Below are positions 8,773 to 20,229 of a stretch of 64,000 nt of DNA, in pieces. This DNA comes from an uncultured Acidobacteriota bacterium (GTDB lineage Bacteria; Acidobacteriota; Vicinamibacteria; Fen-336). Positions within the stretch are counted from its first letter, which is position 1, and each line of letters starts with the position of its first letter. The notes beneath the pieces are model-generated. The model searched no databases and was not told the origin of the DNA. It was given only the letters and a program-made list of their open reading frames with translations. Made by a program: the position numbers and the translations under genes. The stretch is from positions 3,840,001 to 3,904,000 of the forward strand of contig OY970399.1 of assembly GCA_963720545.1 (NCBI GenBank), written 5' to 3'.

Positions 8773-11700
8773 CTACTGCGACTGCTCGGGAGCTGCGAGG
8801 CGGACTGTCGCGGCCGCGGTGCCTCCCGGCGGTACTTCGATGAGCACGGTTGCGCTACCGCCCTGATCCTTGAAGACGTTTAGTTCCACCTGGCCGGCCG
8901 GAACTTCGATTTCGCCGCGGCCCGTGGCGTCCGTACTCACCTCCTGGCCCCAGACTTCGAACGACTCGCCCTGCCACTTCGCCCAGTAGATCGCGGCGTG
9001 AGATGCGGGAGACCCATCTACGGCGGCGACCAGCACCGCTATGCGGCCGCGCGGCGTCGGGCCAATGGTGACGTCCTCAGCGCCGGCCGCGACGCGCGCT
9101 TGCAAGCCATAGGCGCCTCCTGCGCGCGCCTGGGCGGCAATGTTGTAGGCGCCTGCCTTCAGGCCGCCGATGACGAAGGAGCCGTCGATGAGCGATTGGC
9201 CGTATTTCGCGGACCTGTCCGGACCCGTCGCGGTGAGGTCCAGGCCGGGAACGCCCATTCCGCTCGCGTTGACGACGCGGCCGGAGATGCGCAGGCCTTT
9301 CGTCATCGCGATCTCGACGTCCGCATTGCCCGATTCGGCGACGTTCAGCGGGACCGGGTCGGCCGTATAGAGCTCGTGTGAGGCTGACAGCATGTACCGG
9401 CCGGGATTGAGGTCGATCTGGAAGCGCCCATCCGCCCCGGTCTGTAGGGAGGAGCCATAGCCAGCCTGGCCCTTCGAATCGTCGGGCATTGCCTGGACCG
9501 ACGCCTTGCCCAGCGGCGCACCGGTTTCCTTGTCGGTCACTGTCCCGTGAATGGTCGCGCCCGTGAGCGCGATGTCGAAGACGAACGTGTCGGCATCCGG
9601 AATCTCGGCCTTTTTCTCGGGGACCATGCGGCTGTCCGTGCCAAAGATCATGACTCCGTAGGAACCGGGCTCGTCGAGAATGGCCTCGTACGAACCGTCT
9701 TCGCGCGTTCTCGCCATGTAGCGCTGTGGGCCGGCCGCCGCCGTGGCGCCGGCGAAGACCATCGAGTAGCCAGCGCCGTGGCCGGTGAACTGCAACCTGT
9801 ACCCGGCCGCCGGCGCTCCCTGGTGGGTCACGGTTCCACTCACCAGAATGTCCCGGAGCAGGAACTCGACCGTGGACGTTTCCCCGTCCCGCACCTCGAC
9901 GTCCTTCTCTTGCCCGGACGAGTAGGCGCCGCGGCTGCCGCTGAGAAGCTTGAGCCGTGCGTTACCAGGCGCGGCGTGCTCGATCGTGAAGGAGCCGTCG
10001 TTCGAGACCTGCGTCATCAGGCGGCCTGTGTAGGAGTCGTCCTGCGCAGCGCCGTCTACGCGAACGAACATCCCCACCGGTGGCATGCCGTCGCGCCGCC
10101 TCACCATGCCCGCGATGCGGCCGCCCGGCGTCAGCACCAGGCGGGCGTCCGTCACCGACCGTGCCGCGTCGATCTCGATGCTCGTCTTGCCGCTGCGGTA
10201 ATCGGGATGTCGAGCGACCAGCATGGTCGGGCCGTTCTCGAGGCCGCGCAGTTCGAAGGCACCGGCAACGTCGGCCGCGGCCGAGGGGCCGTCGCCGGCG
10301 AGATAGTCGTCGCCCTCAGTGAGCACCGCGACCGTGGCGCCTGGCAGTGGCTCGCCGGTCATGCTCGTGACGGTGCCGGACACGCGGCCGCCCGGACCCA
10401 GGCGAATTCGTCCGGCATCGGTGGTGCGTCCCGCGGCGACCTTCACCTCCTTCACGATGCCGCGCGCGAATCCGCGAGCATCCACGGCGACCGAATAGGT
10501 GCCAGCGGCAAGCCGTTCGATCAGGAACCTGCCTTCGGGGTCCGGGGAGTCATCCTGGCGGATGACCGGCTCGTCCGAATCCCTGGCCCGCGCGCTCGCC
10601 GTCGCGTTGTAGGCGGTTATCGCCGCGCCGCCGCGGTCCGCGACGAGGCCCGTGATCGATCCGGCCGGCTCGACCACGATATCGACGTTCTCCGCGCCGG
10701 CTTCAGCGTTCATGGTGCCCCGTGCGTAGCCGTCGGCATCCACCCACATTCGATACTTCCCGGGTTCGCAGCCGCCGAGCGTAAACCCGCCGTCCGCTTC
10801 GGCAACCGTCGACTGCACACCACCGGCGCCCGGTCCTTCGTGGAAAGCCGTCACTTCCGCGCCGGCGACGCCGAGCTTTCCGGAGCGCACGCGGCCGCGG
10901 ATCGCGAGCCCGGTCTCGAGCGTGATGTCGCCGAGATCGACCCGGCGGGTGCGCGCATCGCCGGTGACTTCGATGCGCTTGTTTCCATAGCCCGGCGCTT
11001 TGATCTCGAGCACCGAAGCGCCGGCCGGAGCGCCGTCGAGCACGAAAGTGCCGGATGCGCTCGTCTCCGCGTCCGGCACCGACCACCGATAACTGTTGCT
11101 CAATGCGGCACCGTCCACTTCGACGACCATGACCAGGCCCGCGACCGGAACTCCTTTCTCGCCCACGAGCCGTCCGGTGACCGTCGTGCCTCGAGCCATG
11201 CGAATGTCGATGCTCGTTTCTTCGTTGCCGCTGACGGTCACTTCGGCAAGGGTCAACGCCCGCCCCGTCTTGCGCACCACCAGCGTGTACTGTGCCGGAG
11301 CGACGTTCCGCGCGATGAAGGTGCCGTCGTTAGCGCTCACGAGGCGCGGCTGGCGGAGTTGCCAGGAAGGGAATGCGGCCTGGAATTCGATCGTCGCGCC
11401 TTCGACCGGCCGGCCGGCGTCGTCTGCAACCATGCCGAGGAGCGCCGCCCGTGGCAGCAGCACCAGGTCGGCGCGGCCGCCGGCAACGACGTCGTCCTGC
11501 ACAGCGTAGCCGGTGCCGCGCAGCCAGGCGGTGACCCGGTAGCCGCCGGGACCGAGGCCTGCGACTTTGTAGTTGCCCCGGGCGTCGGCAATCGCCGTGC
11601 GCATGCCGAACTGCGGCGCCGCCGTGCTCGTGAACATCGCGGCGCGCGTGGAACGAGCTTCGATGCGGGCGCCGGCCGCGATGCCACCGCCGCTGCCGTC

Positions 11701-12090
11701 GCGCACGGTGCCGTCGATGGCGCCGCCTTTCTCGAGACGCACGCGAATGGGCGCGCGGCGATCGACTCTTTCGAGGACCGCGGCGGCGAAGCCATCGGCA
11801 TCGACGCCGACCATGAATTCCTGGCCGCGGATCTCGGCAAAGCGGAAGCGGCCCTCGGCGTCGGTGCGCGTGGCCTGCGGCAGGGCGGTGCTCGAAGTTC
11901 CTTCGGCGACAACGAGCGCGTCCTTGATCGGCTTGCTGTCAGGTCCGACGACAGAGCCTTCGAGGATGCTTGACGGCGACGGGGACGGTGTCACTTTCCT
12001 GGGGGCGCCCGTTGCATTCGCGCGCGCGGGCGCCTGGCTCAGCGCCGCCGCGATCGAGAGGATGCTGACGAACGAACCGGCCACGAGCAT
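8773..12090 (-). CDS. Secreted protein with tandem carboxypeptidase-regulatory-like (prealbumin-fold) domains
   Basis: Signal peptide; repeated I.G.V.D..G.P..GA.V ... TDA.G.F...L..G.Y units. Confidence 0.85.
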   Translation of the reverse strand: MLVAGSFVSILSIAAALSQAPARANATGAPRKVTPSPSPSSILEGSVVGPDSKPIKDALVVAEGTSSTALPQATRTDAEGRFRFAEIRGQEFMVGVDADGFAAAVLERVDRRAPIRVRLEKGGAIDGTVRDGSGGGIAAGARIEARSTRAAMFTSTAAPQFGMRTAIADARGNYKVAGLGPGGYRVTAWLRGTGYAVQDDVVAGGRADLVLLPRAALLGMVADDAGRPVEGATIEFQAAFPSWQLRQPRLVSANDGTFIARNVAPAQYTLVVRKTGRALTLAEVTVSGNEETSIDIRMARGTTVTGRLVGEKGVPVAGLVMVVEVDGAALSNSYRWSVPDAETSASGTFVLDGAPAGASVLEIKAPGYGNKRIEVTGDARTRRVDLGDITLETGLAIRGRVRSGKLGVAGAEVTAFHEGPGAGGVQSTVAEADGGFTLGGCEPGKYRMWVDADGYARGTMNAEAGAENVDIVVEPAGSITGLVADRGGAAITAYNATASARARDSDEPVIRQDDSPDPEGRFLIERLAAGTYSVAVDARGFARGIVKEVKVAAGRTTDAGRIRLGPGGRVSGTVTSMTGEPLPGATVAVLTEGDDYLAGDGPSAAADVAGAFELRGLENGPTMLVARHPDYRSGKTSIEIDAARSVTDARLVLTPGGRIAGMVRRRDGMPPVGMFVRVDGAAQDDSYTGRLMTQVSNDGSFTIEHAAPGNARLKLLSGSRGAYSSGQEKDVEVRDGETSTVEFLLRDILVSGTVTHQGAPAAGYRLQFTGHGAGYSMVFAGATAAAGPQRYMARTREDGSYEAILDEPGSYGVMIFGTDSRMVPEKKAEIPDADTFVFDIALTGATIHGTVTDKETGAPLGKASVQAMPDDSKGQAGYGSSLQTGADGRFQIDLNPGRYMLSASHELYTADPVPLNVAESGNADVEIAMTKGLRISGRVVNASGMGVPGLDLTATGPDRSAKYGQSLIDGSFVIGGLKAGAYNIAAQARAGGAYGLQARVAAGAEDVTIGPTPRGRIAVLVAAVDGSPASHAAIYWAKWQGESFEVWGQEVSTDATGRGEIEVPAGQVELNVFKDQGGSATVLIEVPPGGTAAATVRLAAPEQSQ

Positions 12091-12172
12091 GACGCCTCCT
12101 CAGGGGCCTGAATACCGAGAGTGGCTGACTGTTGCGAGGATAGCCCCGAGCGGGCGGCGCTACAATCCCGGC

Positions 12173-12784
12173 ATGGTCACCAAAGATCCGCGCGTCGACG
12201 AAGCTATCCTCGATGCCGCGCCGTTCGCGCGGCCGATCCTCGAGCAAATCCGCAAGGTCGTGCACGCGGCGTGCCCCGAAGCGGTCGAGACGCTCAAGTG
12301 GCGCATGCCGCACTTCATGTACCGCGGCGCGATCTTGTGCGGCATGGCGGCGTTCAAGAACCACGTCGCGTTCGGCTTCTGGCAGGGGCGGCTGGTGGTG
12401 GACGATCCAAAGGCCGGCAGCGCGATGGGGCAGTACGGCTGCCTGACGAAGGTGTCCGACCTGCCGTCGGCGCGGGTGCTGGCAGCGCAGGTGAAGAAGG
12501 CGATGGCGCTGCGCGATGCCGGCGTGAAGGCGCCGCGTGACAAGACGAAGAAGCCGGCGGTGCCGCTGAAGACGCCGAAGGACCTGCAGATAGCGCTCGC
12601 GAAGAACAAGAAGGCGCGCGCCACCTACGACGCGTTCGCGCCCAGCCACAAGCGCGAGTACCACGAGTGGCTGATGGAGGCGAAGCGCGAGGCGACACGC
12701 AAGCAGCGGCTTGCGCAGGCGGTGACCTGGATGGGCGAGGGCAAGCCGCGCAACTGGAAGTACCAACAGCGGACGGCACGATGA
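12173..12784 (+). CDS. DUF1801 / YdeI-OmpD-associated family protein
   Basis: IRKVVHAACPEAVETLKW..PHF, SHKREY.EW..EAKREATR..R, GKPRNWKY. Confidence 0.88.
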   Translation: MVTKDPRVDEAILDAAPFARPILEQIRKVVHAACPEAVETLKWRMPHFMYRGAILCGMAAFKNHVAFGFWQGRLVVDDPKAGSAMGQYGCLTKVSDLPSARVLAAQVKKAMALRDAGVKAPRDKTKKPAVPLKTPKDLQIALAKNKKARATYDAFAPSHKREYHEWLMEAKREATRKQRLAQAVTWMGEGKPRNWKYQQRTAR

Positions 12785-13851
12785 TGAGGAAGACGATGTC
12801 GGCGCTCGCCGCCCTCGTCGCAACCTCCGCCTGCAGCCGCCCGGCGCTGGCACCGAGCGAAACCACGTCGCCCGCGCCGGCCGCCGCGCATGCCGGCTAT
12901 TTCGACCAGGCCGGCCGCAAGGACGTCTTGTCGGGTGGCGTGCGCATGATTCCCGTGAACACGCCCAAAGGCACCTTCCGGGTATGGACCAAGCGCACCG
13001 GCAACAACCCCACTGTGAAGGTGCTGCTGCTGCACGGCGGCCCGGGCGCCACCCACGCCTACTTCGAGGCGTTCGACTCGTTCTTCCCCGGCGCTTCGAT
13101 CGAGTACTACTTCTACGACCAGCTCGGCTCCGGTAACAGCGATGCGCCCGACGATCCGTCGCTCCTCGACGTCAACCGCTTCGTGGACGAGGTCGAGCAG
13201 GTGCGCCAGGCGCTGAACCTCGATCGCAGCAACTTCTACCTGCTTGGCCATTCCTGGGGCGGGCTGCTCGCGATCGAATACGCGCTGGCCCATCAGGACC
13301 AACTGCGCGGCCTGATCGTGTCCAACATGATGTCGAGCGTGCCGGCCTACAACACCTACGCGAAGACCGTGCTGATGCCAGCGATGGACCAGAAGGTTCT
13401 GGCCGAGATCCTGAGCATGGAGAAGGCGGGGAAGACCGAGTCGCCGCGCTACATGGGACTGCTGACGCCGAACTATTACGAGCAGCACATCCTGCGGATG
13501 CCGGCGGCCGAGTGGCCGGAGCCGGTGGTGCGTTCGTTCGCGCACATCAACCGCAAGGTCTACGTGCCGATGCAGGGGCCGAGCGAGATGGGCGCCGCCG
13601 GCCTGCTGGTGAACTGGGACCGCACCGCCGACCTGCCGAAGATCAAGGTGCCCACACTGGTGGTGGCCGGCGCCCACGACACGATGGACCCGGCCTACAT
13701 GGAGCGGATGGCGAAGTCTCTGCCGCAGGGACGTTATCTACTTTGCCCCAACGGCGGCCACATGGCGCTCTACGACGACCAGCAGACGTACATGGACGGC
13801 GTCATCGCGTTTTTGCGCGACGTGGACAGCGGCGCCTTCCGGAAAGACTAG
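12781..13851 (+). CDS. Proline iminopeptidase family alpha/beta hydrolase, exported
   Basis: LLHGGPG, YDQLGSG, GHSWGG, terminal GGH; N-terminal signal/lipobox-like segment. Confidence 0.88.
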   Translation: MMRKTMSALAALVATSACSRPALAPSETTSPAPAAAHAGYFDQAGRKDVLSGGVRMIPVNTPKGTFRVWTKRTGNNPTVKVLLLHGGPGATHAYFEAFDSFFPGASIEYYFYDQLGSGNSDAPDDPSLLDVNRFVDEVEQVRQALNLDRSNFYLLGHSWGGLLAIEYALAHQDQLRGLIVSNMMSSVPAYNTYAKTVLMPAMDQKVLAEILSMEKAGKTESPRYMGLLTPNYYEQHILRMPAAEWPEPVVRSFAHINRKVYVPMQGPSEMGAAGLLVNWDRTADLPKIKVPTLVVAGAHDTMDPAYMERMAKSLPQGRYLLCPNGGHMALYDDQQTYMDGVIAFLRDVDSGAFRKD

Positions 13852-14916
13852 GCCTTCTTCTTCTCCGGCATCTGCAGCACCACTTCGCCCTTGTCGCGAG
13901 TGGGGAACTCGATGTCGGGCAGGCCCATGCCCTTGCGCAGGCGCGAGTCGATCTCGTTGCGGATGTCGGGGTTGTCACGCAGGAAGTTGCGCGCCGTCTC
14001 CCGTCCCTGGCCAATGCGCTCGCCGTCGAACGAGTACCAGGAGCCCGACTTCTCGACGATCTTCTGGTCTACGCCGAGGTCGAGGAGGTCGCCTTCCTTG
14101 CTGATGCCCTCGCCGTAGAGGATGTCGAACTCGGCCTCGCGGAACGGCGCCGCCACCTTGTTCTTCACCACCTTCACCTTGGCGCGGCTGCCGATGACCA
14201 CGTCGCCTTCCTTCAGCGAGGCGATGCGGCGGATGTCGCAGCGGATCGAAGCGTAGAACTTGAGCGCCCGGCCGCCCGGTGGTCGTTTCGGGACTGCCGA
14301 ACATGACGCCGATCTTCTCGCGCAGCTGGTTGATGAAGATGAGGCTGGTGTGGCTCTTGGCGACGATGGAGGTGAGCTTGCGCAGCGCCTGGCTCATGAG
14401 CCGCGCCTGCATGCCCATCTGCGCGTCGCCCATTTCGCCTTCGAGCTCGGCGCGCGGCACCAGCGCCGCCACCGAGTCGATGACGAGGACGTCCACGGCG
14501 CCCGAGCGGATGAGGACCTCGGCGATTTCAAGGGCCTGCTCGCCGCTGTCGGGCTGCGAAACCAGCAGGTTGTCGGTGTCTACGCCCAGCTTGCCCGCGT
14601 AGGTGGCGTCGAGCGCGTGCTCGGCGTCGATGAAGGCGGCCATGCCGCCGCGGCGCTGCGCCTCGGAGATGACGTGGAGAGCCAGTGTGGTCTTGCCCGA
14701 CGATTCCGGCCCGAAGATCTCGATGACCCGGCCGCGCGGCATGCCGCCGACACCGAGCGCCGCGTCGAGGGAGAGCGAGCCGGTTGGAATGGCCGGTATC
14801 TCCACCTTCTCCCGGGATCCAAGGCGCATGATGGAACCCTTGCCGAACTGCTTGTCGATCTGGGAGAGGGCGGCCTCAATGGCCTTGGAGCGCTCGTTCT
14901 TCGAATCCTCGGGCAT
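13848..14916 (-). CDS. recA: Recombinase A, with one extra G near 14276
   Basis: [32 protein letters not shown] then shifts to GRALKFY in another frame; C-terminal [11 protein letters not shown]. Confidence 0.97.
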
Positions 14917-15317
14917 TCAAATCTCCTTGTGTGGGTCTACTGCCAGCCCACTTGATGTTGGGGCCGGTCCCCGACCAAACGAATCGTATCCGAGCCCCCT
15001 TCCGCGACAGGTCCAGCCGCCCGCCGCACCGAAAGAAAAGATCGACGAAACGTTTGTCGCACTGTTTGTACACATGCATAGGTTCATTTTGTAAAAGTGG
15101 CCTGCACAAGTAAGGGTGTGTCTGGCATGGCACGCCCAGTCGTCGCAGTTTGCAAGCGATTGAAAAAGAGCGACTTATGAGTATGATTTCGGGCGCCTGT
15201 CCCCTCGCGAAGCCAAAAAACTCTGGCGTCGGTGGCGTCGGTTTTGCTACCATCATCGCGTCCAAAAACTCCAAGAAGTCACCCACCTGGCGGAGTTGGA
15301 CATCGAGGAGAAATAAC

Positions 15318-15968
15318 TTGAAGAGTCGTCGGCCAAAAGCGCGTCGGAGCGCAACTCCGCGTAGGTCGCACAAGGCTCGTCCGTCAGCTGCGCCGGCTCG
15401 CAGAACCGTGCTCGCCCGCAGCAAGCCCACCAAGGCGAAGGCGAAGGCCAAAGCCAGGGCCGTTCGCGCCACCACCCCGGCGCGCTCGAGCCATGGGCTG
15501 AAGCGCAAGCGCGTCGCCATTCCTTCTCCGCTCGCCACCCGCCATGTCGCTCCGCCACGCGCTGCGGTGATCATGCCCGCGCGCTCCATGCCGCCTGCCG
15601 CCCGCGACTACCGCAAGCCCATGATTACCCCGGTGCGCCTCATGGGAACCCCTGAGACCACCGAAGAGGGCGTGCTGCTGGCCATCACCTATTCCATTCG
15701 TGAAGGCCGCCGCAACGATTTCTTCGCCTTGATGCGCGAGCTGAAGCCGCTGCTCTCGACCATCGGCGGCAACGACTGCATGGTGTTCGAGGATCGCAGC
15801 CGCCCGAACTACTTCATGGAAGTGTTCCGCTTCAAGGACGAAGCCGAGTTCACCGCGTTCGACGACAAGTTTCACAAGGACCGCAAGATCGCCGCGGTCT
15901 ACGCGCTGCTCGACGACATCGTCGAAGCCGAGAAGAGCGACTTCAAGATCTTCGAGCGCAAGATCTAG
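15318..15968 (+). CDS. Hypothetical protein: Lys/Arg/Ala-rich N-terminal region plus ABM-like alpha+beta C-terminal domain
   Basis: GAGGAG RBS before TTG 15318; the C-terminal half looks clearly coding (ITYSIREGRRNDF..VFEDRSRPNYFMEVF). Confidence 0.65.
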   Translation: MKSRRPKARRSATPRRSHKARPSAAPARRTVLARSKPTKAKAKAKARAVRATTPARSSHGLKRKRVAIPSPLATRHVAPPRAAVIMPARSMPPAARDYRKPMITPVRLMGTPETTEEGVLLAITYSIREGRRNDFFALMRELKPLLSTIGGNDCMVFEDRSRPNYFMEVFRFKDEAEFTAFDDKFHKDRKIAAVYALLDDIVEAEKSDFKIFERKI

Positions 15969-15977
15969 GCCGGCGCC

Positions 15978-16505
15978 GTGCCCTCGCCGCTGGGACACGG
16001 TCTCGCCGCCGCGACCATCCACGCCCTCACTGCTTCGAACGCCACGGAACGCAGGGATCCGCGGCGGCTTGCGGCACTCGTCGCCGTCGCGTGCCTGCCC
16101 GACGTGGACTTGTTGTTCACCTACATCGACGGCCGCTCGCATCACCAGGGGATGACGCACAGCATCGGCTTCGCCCTGCTCGCGGGCGCGGCGGCCTTCG
16201 CCTTCGCCAAGGTGAGCGGCTTTGCGCCGTGGCGCGCCGCCGCGGTGGTCGCAGCAGCGTATGCTTCCCATGTGCTGCTCGACCTGCTTGGCCGCGACAC
16301 CCATCCGCCCATCGGCCTGCGTGCCCTGTGGCCGTTCGACGGCGGCTTCTACAAGCTCCCGCCGGTGTTCCTCGACATCGGGCGTTCGCTGCGCTGGAGC
16401 ACGGTGGTGAGCAACGCCCGCGCCGCCGCGCTGGAGGTGGTGCTGCTGGCGCCTTTCACCTGGCTCGCGTTTCGCTGGTCGGCGTCGACACGCCGCGAGG
16501 CCTGA
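15978..16505 (+). CDS. Metal-dependent membrane hydrolase (YdjM/YbcI-like)
   Basis: SPLGH, LPDVD, HQGMTHS, SHVLLD. Confidence 0.85.
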   Translation: MPSPLGHGLAAATIHALTASNATERRDPRRLAALVAVACLPDVDLLFTYIDGRSHHQGMTHSIGFALLAGAAAFAFAKVSGFAPWRAAAVVAAAYASHVLLDLLGRDTHPPIGLRALWPFDGGFYKLPPVFLDIGRSLRWSTVVSNARAAALEVVLLAPFTWLAFRWSASTRREA

Positions 16506-16513
16506 GCGCCGAG

Positions 16514-16747
16514 ATGGCCCGCGGGTTCGACAGCAAGTCGGTCGAGAGCCAGCAGGCCGAGGTTTTCGGCACGCTGCCGAAGGAGAAGGCCGCTGCCGAC
16601 CCGGCGACAGCGGCTACGCGGCACCGCCTCGAGCTCGCGAAGTTCGATGCCGAGCGCAGGCTGCGGCGCGCGACTGGGTCTTACAAGGACATGCTGCAGC
16701 GCACCATTGCGTCGCTCGACGCGGAGCTTCGGAAGCTTCAGGGCTGA
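16514..16747 (+). CDS. Small hypothetical protein (MARGFDSKSVESQQ...)
   Basis: ATG just after the previous stop; helical 77-aa product. Confidence 0.7.
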   Translation: MARGFDSKSVESQQAEVFGTLPKEKAAADPATAATRHRLELAKFDAERRLRRATGSYKDMLQRTIASLDAELRKLQG

Positions 16748-18180
16748 GGGCGGGCCGGTGTCGCCTGCACCACGCCGCCCTTGCCGACGAGCGCCTCGAG
16801 ATCGGCGAGTTCGGCGGGCAGGAAGTCGGTGAAGTTCTCCACGCCAGTCTCGGTGACCGCCACCGTGTCCTCGTAGCGCACGTACAGGTTCTCGGACGGC
16901 ACCCACAACTGCGGATCCACCGAGAACACCTGGCCCGGCTTGAGCGGCGCGTTGTTGTAGAGGCCGTCGTCGTGCACCGCCAGGCCGACGGGATGCGAGA
17001 ACACTCCGCCGCCCGTCTCTATCAGCTTCTTCGCCGCCTCTTCGTAAGCCGGCTTCGAGAAGCGCGTGCGCGCGAACACCGGCGCCATCGCCGCCTTCGC
17101 CTCGTCGTGGATCTGCTGAGTCGTCACACCGGGCCGGATGCGCTTCATGATCTCGTTGCGGAAGGAAAGCACGAACTGCTGCAGCTCGCGCTGCACGGCC
17201 GGGTACCTGCCGCCCACCGCCCACATGCGGCCGATGTCGCTGACGTAATAGCGGTAGTCGGGGGCGTAGTCCATGAGCACCACGTCGCCGGCCGCGAGCT
17301 TGCGCGCGTTGCGGAAGTAGTGCGCGTTCCAGATGTTGTCGGTGCCCGACGCGGTGATGGAGCGGTAGGCCTCCTGGCGCGCGTCGTTCACCAGGAACAC
17401 GTAGCGCGCCGCGGCGTCGAGCTGGTATTCGTAAACGCCGGCGCGCGTGCTCTTGATCGCCTCGATGACGCCGTAGCCGGCAAGCTGGGACGCGCGGCGC
17501 AGCAGCGCCACTTCGCGCGGGCTCTTGACGCTGCGCAGCGTGTCGAGGATGTCGGTGAAGTCGCGGATCTCGGCGCGCGGGTAGCGGGTGCGCAGCAGCG
17601 CCACGAAGCGCGCCTCGCGCGACTCGCGCCCGTCCCACGGATCGGCTGCGATCGCGGCGTTCGCCGCCTGCAGCTCGTGGCGGCTTTGGCCCTGGCCCTC
17701 GGCGGGCGTGAACGGCGTGTAGACGATCGCCGGCACGCCGCCTGCCAGGCCCGCGAGCCAGTCGCCCTGCATCTTCTCGGTGCTCTGCACGGTGTCGGCG
17801 CCGGTCAGCGCGCGGATTCTTTCGGCGTCGCCCGCGTTCAGCACCTTGCCCTCGGAGCGCTCGAGGCGTTCGTTGCGTGGCGGCAGGTACAAGGTGACGG
17901 TCTTGTCGCGTGCGTCGAGCAACACGTAAGAGCCGGGGGTCTCGATGCCGGACAAGTAATAGAACTCGTTCGACTGGCGCGGAAAGATGAATCCGTTCGT
18001 CAGCGGCGCGCCCTGCACCACGGCGACTGCGTTCGGCGGCAGCGCCGCGAACACCTGAGTCCAGCGCGCCTTGAACTCCTCGGGTGGAAAGTCGGACTGA
18101 TAGTGGGCAAGCGTTTCGGCGCGCGCGGTACCGCCGAGCAGCGGGTAGGCGGCGATCAAGGCCAGCCAGAAAGAGCGCAT
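16738..18180 (-). CDS. Xaa-Pro aminopeptidase (M24), exported
   Basis: RQSNEFYYLSG, LRSVKSPRE, YVSDIGR, HPVGLAVHD, RYEDTV. Confidence 0.88.
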   Translation of the reverse strand: MRSFWLALIAAYPLLGGTARAETLAHYQSDFPPEEFKARWTQVFAALPPNAVAVVQGAPLTNGFIFPRQSNEFYYLSGIETPGSYVLLDARDKTVTLYLPPRNERLERSEGKVLNAGDAERIRALTGADTVQSTEKMQGDWLAGLAGGVPAIVYTPFTPAEGQGQSRHELQAANAAIAADPWDGRESREARFVALLRTRYPRAEIRDFTDILDTLRSVKSPREVALLRRASQLAGYGVIEAIKSTRAGVYEYQLDAAARYVFLVNDARQEAYRSITASGTDNIWNAHYFRNARKLAAGDVVLMDYAPDYRYYVSDIGRMWAVGGRYPAVQRELQQFVLSFRNEIMKRIRPGVTTQQIHDEAKAAMAPVFARTRFSKPAYEEAAKKLIETGGGVFSHPVGLAVHDDGLYNNAPLKPGQVFSVDPQLWVPSENLYVRYEDTVAVTETGVENFTDFLPAELADLEALVGKGGVVQATPARPQP

Positions 18181-18212
18181 CGGTCTTCCTTTCGTCTTTC
18201 GCAACGGGTTTC

Positions 18213-19079
18213 TCAATAGGTGAAGAAGCCGCGGCCGGTCTTGCGCCCCAGCCAGCCGGCATCGACCATGCGCCGCAGCAGCGGGCACGGCCGGTACTTC
18301 GAATCCCCAAAGCCGTCGTGCAGCACTTCGAGGATCGCGAGGCAGACGTCGAGCCCGATGAAGTCGGCGAGCGTCAGCGGCCCCATGGGGTGGTTCATGC
18401 CGAGCTTCATGACCTCGTCGATCGCCTGCGGTGTGGCGACCCCCTCGTGCACGCAGAAGATCGCCTCGTTGATCATCGGCATCAGCACGCGGTTCGCGAC
18501 GAAGCCGGGGAAGTCGTTCACCTCCACCGGCGTCTTGCCGAGCGCACGCGACAGCGCCACCACCGCGGCGGTGGTTTCGTCGGAGGTCGCCTGGCCGCGG
18601 ATCACCTCGACGAGCGGCATCAGCGGCACCGGGTTCATGAAGTGCATGCCGACGACCTTGTCGGGACGCGCGGTGACGGCGCCGAGGCGGGTGATGGAGA
18701 TGGACGAAGTGTTCGACGCCAGGATCGCACCGGGCGCCGCGATGCGGTCGAGGTCGCGGAAGATAGCGGTCTTGGCCGCGAGGTTCTCGATCGCCGCCTC
18801 CACCACCAGGCTGGCGGCGGCGGCGTCTTCGAGGAGCGTCGTCGGCTTGATGCGGCCGAGCGCCGCTTCGACGTCGCCGGTGGCGATCTTGCCCTTTTCC
18901 GCGAGCCTGCCAAGGCTCTTGCGGATGGTGGCGAGGCCGCGCTCGACGTAGCCAGCCTCGAGGTCGCGAAGGATCACCGTGTGGCCATGCTGCGCGAACA
19001 CCTGGGCGATGCCGTTTCCCATGGTGCCGGCGCCGATGACGGCCACAGTTGCCGGCTGCGTCGCTGCCGATTCGCTCAT
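18213..19079 (-). CDS. hbd: 3-hydroxybutyryl-CoA dehydrogenase
   Basis: [37 protein letters not shown]. Confidence 0.93.
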   Translation of the reverse strand: MSESAATQPATVAVIGAGTMGNGIAQVFAQHGHTVILRDLEAGYVERGLATIRKSLGRLAEKGKIATGDVEAALGRIKPTTLLEDAAAASLVVEAAIENLAAKTAIFRDLDRIAAPGAILASNTSSISITRLGAVTARPDKVVGMHFMNPVPLMPLVEVIRGQATSDETTAAVVALSRALGKTPVEVNDFPGFVANRVLMPMINEAIFCVHEGVATPQAIDEVMKLGMNHPMGPLTLADFIGLDVCLAILEVLHDGFGDSKYRPCPLLRRMVDAGWLGRKTGRGFFTY

Positions 19080-19119
19080 GGGGCGCAGTCTAAGCCAGCC
19101 GCTTGGGCTACTCTTGGCC

Positions 19120-20229
19120 ATGACTTCGGGACAGTTGCGACGGATCGCGGGTGCCTTGGCACTCGCGGCCCTCACTGCGTGCGGCGGCGACAGCGACGGA
19201 AGCGCTCCCTCCGTCGCCGCGTCGCCGTCGGCCTCGCCGTCGGTGGCCAACAACATGACGCTGCTCGCGCACCTCGAAGGGCCCGCGCTCTCGGGTGGCG
19301 CCGCGGTCAACACCGCCGGCTGCTTCGGCTACACGGCGCCCGACGGCCGCCGCTACGCGCTCGTCGGCACGACCCTCGGCACCTCGGTCGTGAACCTCAG
19401 CAACCCGCGCGCGCCGCGGCTCACTGGCTTCATAACGGGCGAGCTCAGCACCTGGCGCGAGATCCGCACGTTCGGCGAGTACGCCTACGTCACCACCGAG
19501 GCGAAGACCGGGCTCGACATCATCGACCTCATCGATCCCGAACGGCCGGTGAAGGTGCAGACCTGGAACAAGACCTTCACCTCGGCGCACTCGCTGTGGA
19601 TCGACAACGCGCGCAAGCTGTTGTTTGCGAACGGCACCGACACCGGCATGCACATCCTGCGGCTCGACCGGCCGCGCGAGCCGGTGGAAGTGGGTGTCTT
19701 CAACGGCTTCTACATCCACGACTCGTTCACCCGCGGCAACACCCTCTACGCATCCGCGATCTTCGACGGCTTCGAGGCGATCCTCGACATCGCGCGGCTC
19801 GACAGCATCCGCGAGGTCAGCCGCTTCTTCACCGGCGGCCGGTTCACCCACAACTCGTGGACCACCCTCGACGGCCGCTTCCTGTTCACCACCGACGAGC
19901 GGCGCGCGCGGCCGGTGGAAGTGTGGGACATCGGCAACCCGGCGGCGGCGGTCAAGGTGGGCGAGTGGATCGGCCGAACCGGCGGCATTCCGCACAACGT
20001 GCTGGTGGATGGCAACCGGCTGCTGGTCTCGCATTACGACGACGGCGTCTTCCTCGTCGACATTCGGGTTCCCCAGAATCCGGCGACGCTCGGCTCGTAC
20101 GACACGTATCCCGGTACAGTGACCGGCACCTTCGGCGACTGGGGCGCCTACATCTTTCCGGGCAGCAACCTGATCTTCGCCAGCGACATCACCGGCGGCC
20201 TGTTCGTCCTCGAGTACACCGGCCCGTGA
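19120..20229 (+). CDS. LVIVD-repeat (choice-of-anchor B-like) beta-propeller lipoprotein
   Basis: Lipobox LTAC, WREIRT..YAYV..E, HNSW, SHY..GV..VD, GDWGAY. Confidence 0.8.
   Translation: MTSGQLRRIAGALALAALTACGGDSDGSAPSVAASPSASPSVANNMTLLAHLEGPALSGGAAVNTAGCFGYTAPDGRRYALVGTTLGTSVVNLSNPRAPRLTGFITGELSTWREIRTFGEYAYVTTEAKTGLDIIDLIDPERPVKVQTWNKTFTSAHSLWIDNARKLLFANGTDTGMHILRLDRPREPVEVGVFNGFYIHDSFTRGNTLYASAIFDGFEAILDIARLDSIREVSRFFTGGRFTHNSWTTLDGRFLFTTDERRARPVEVWDIGNPAAAVKVGEWIGRTGGIPHNVLVDGNRLLVSHYDDGVFLVDIRVPQNPATLGSYDTYPGTVTGTFGDWGAYIFPGSNLIFASDITGGLFVLEYTGP

Noticed and set aside
13848..14916. Intein or programmed frameshift in recA
   Set aside because: No inserted sequence or slippery motif; a single extra G explains the break.
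14917..15317. LexA box upstream of recA
   Set aside because: No clear CTGT-N8-ACAG or GTTC-N7-GTTC match found by eye.
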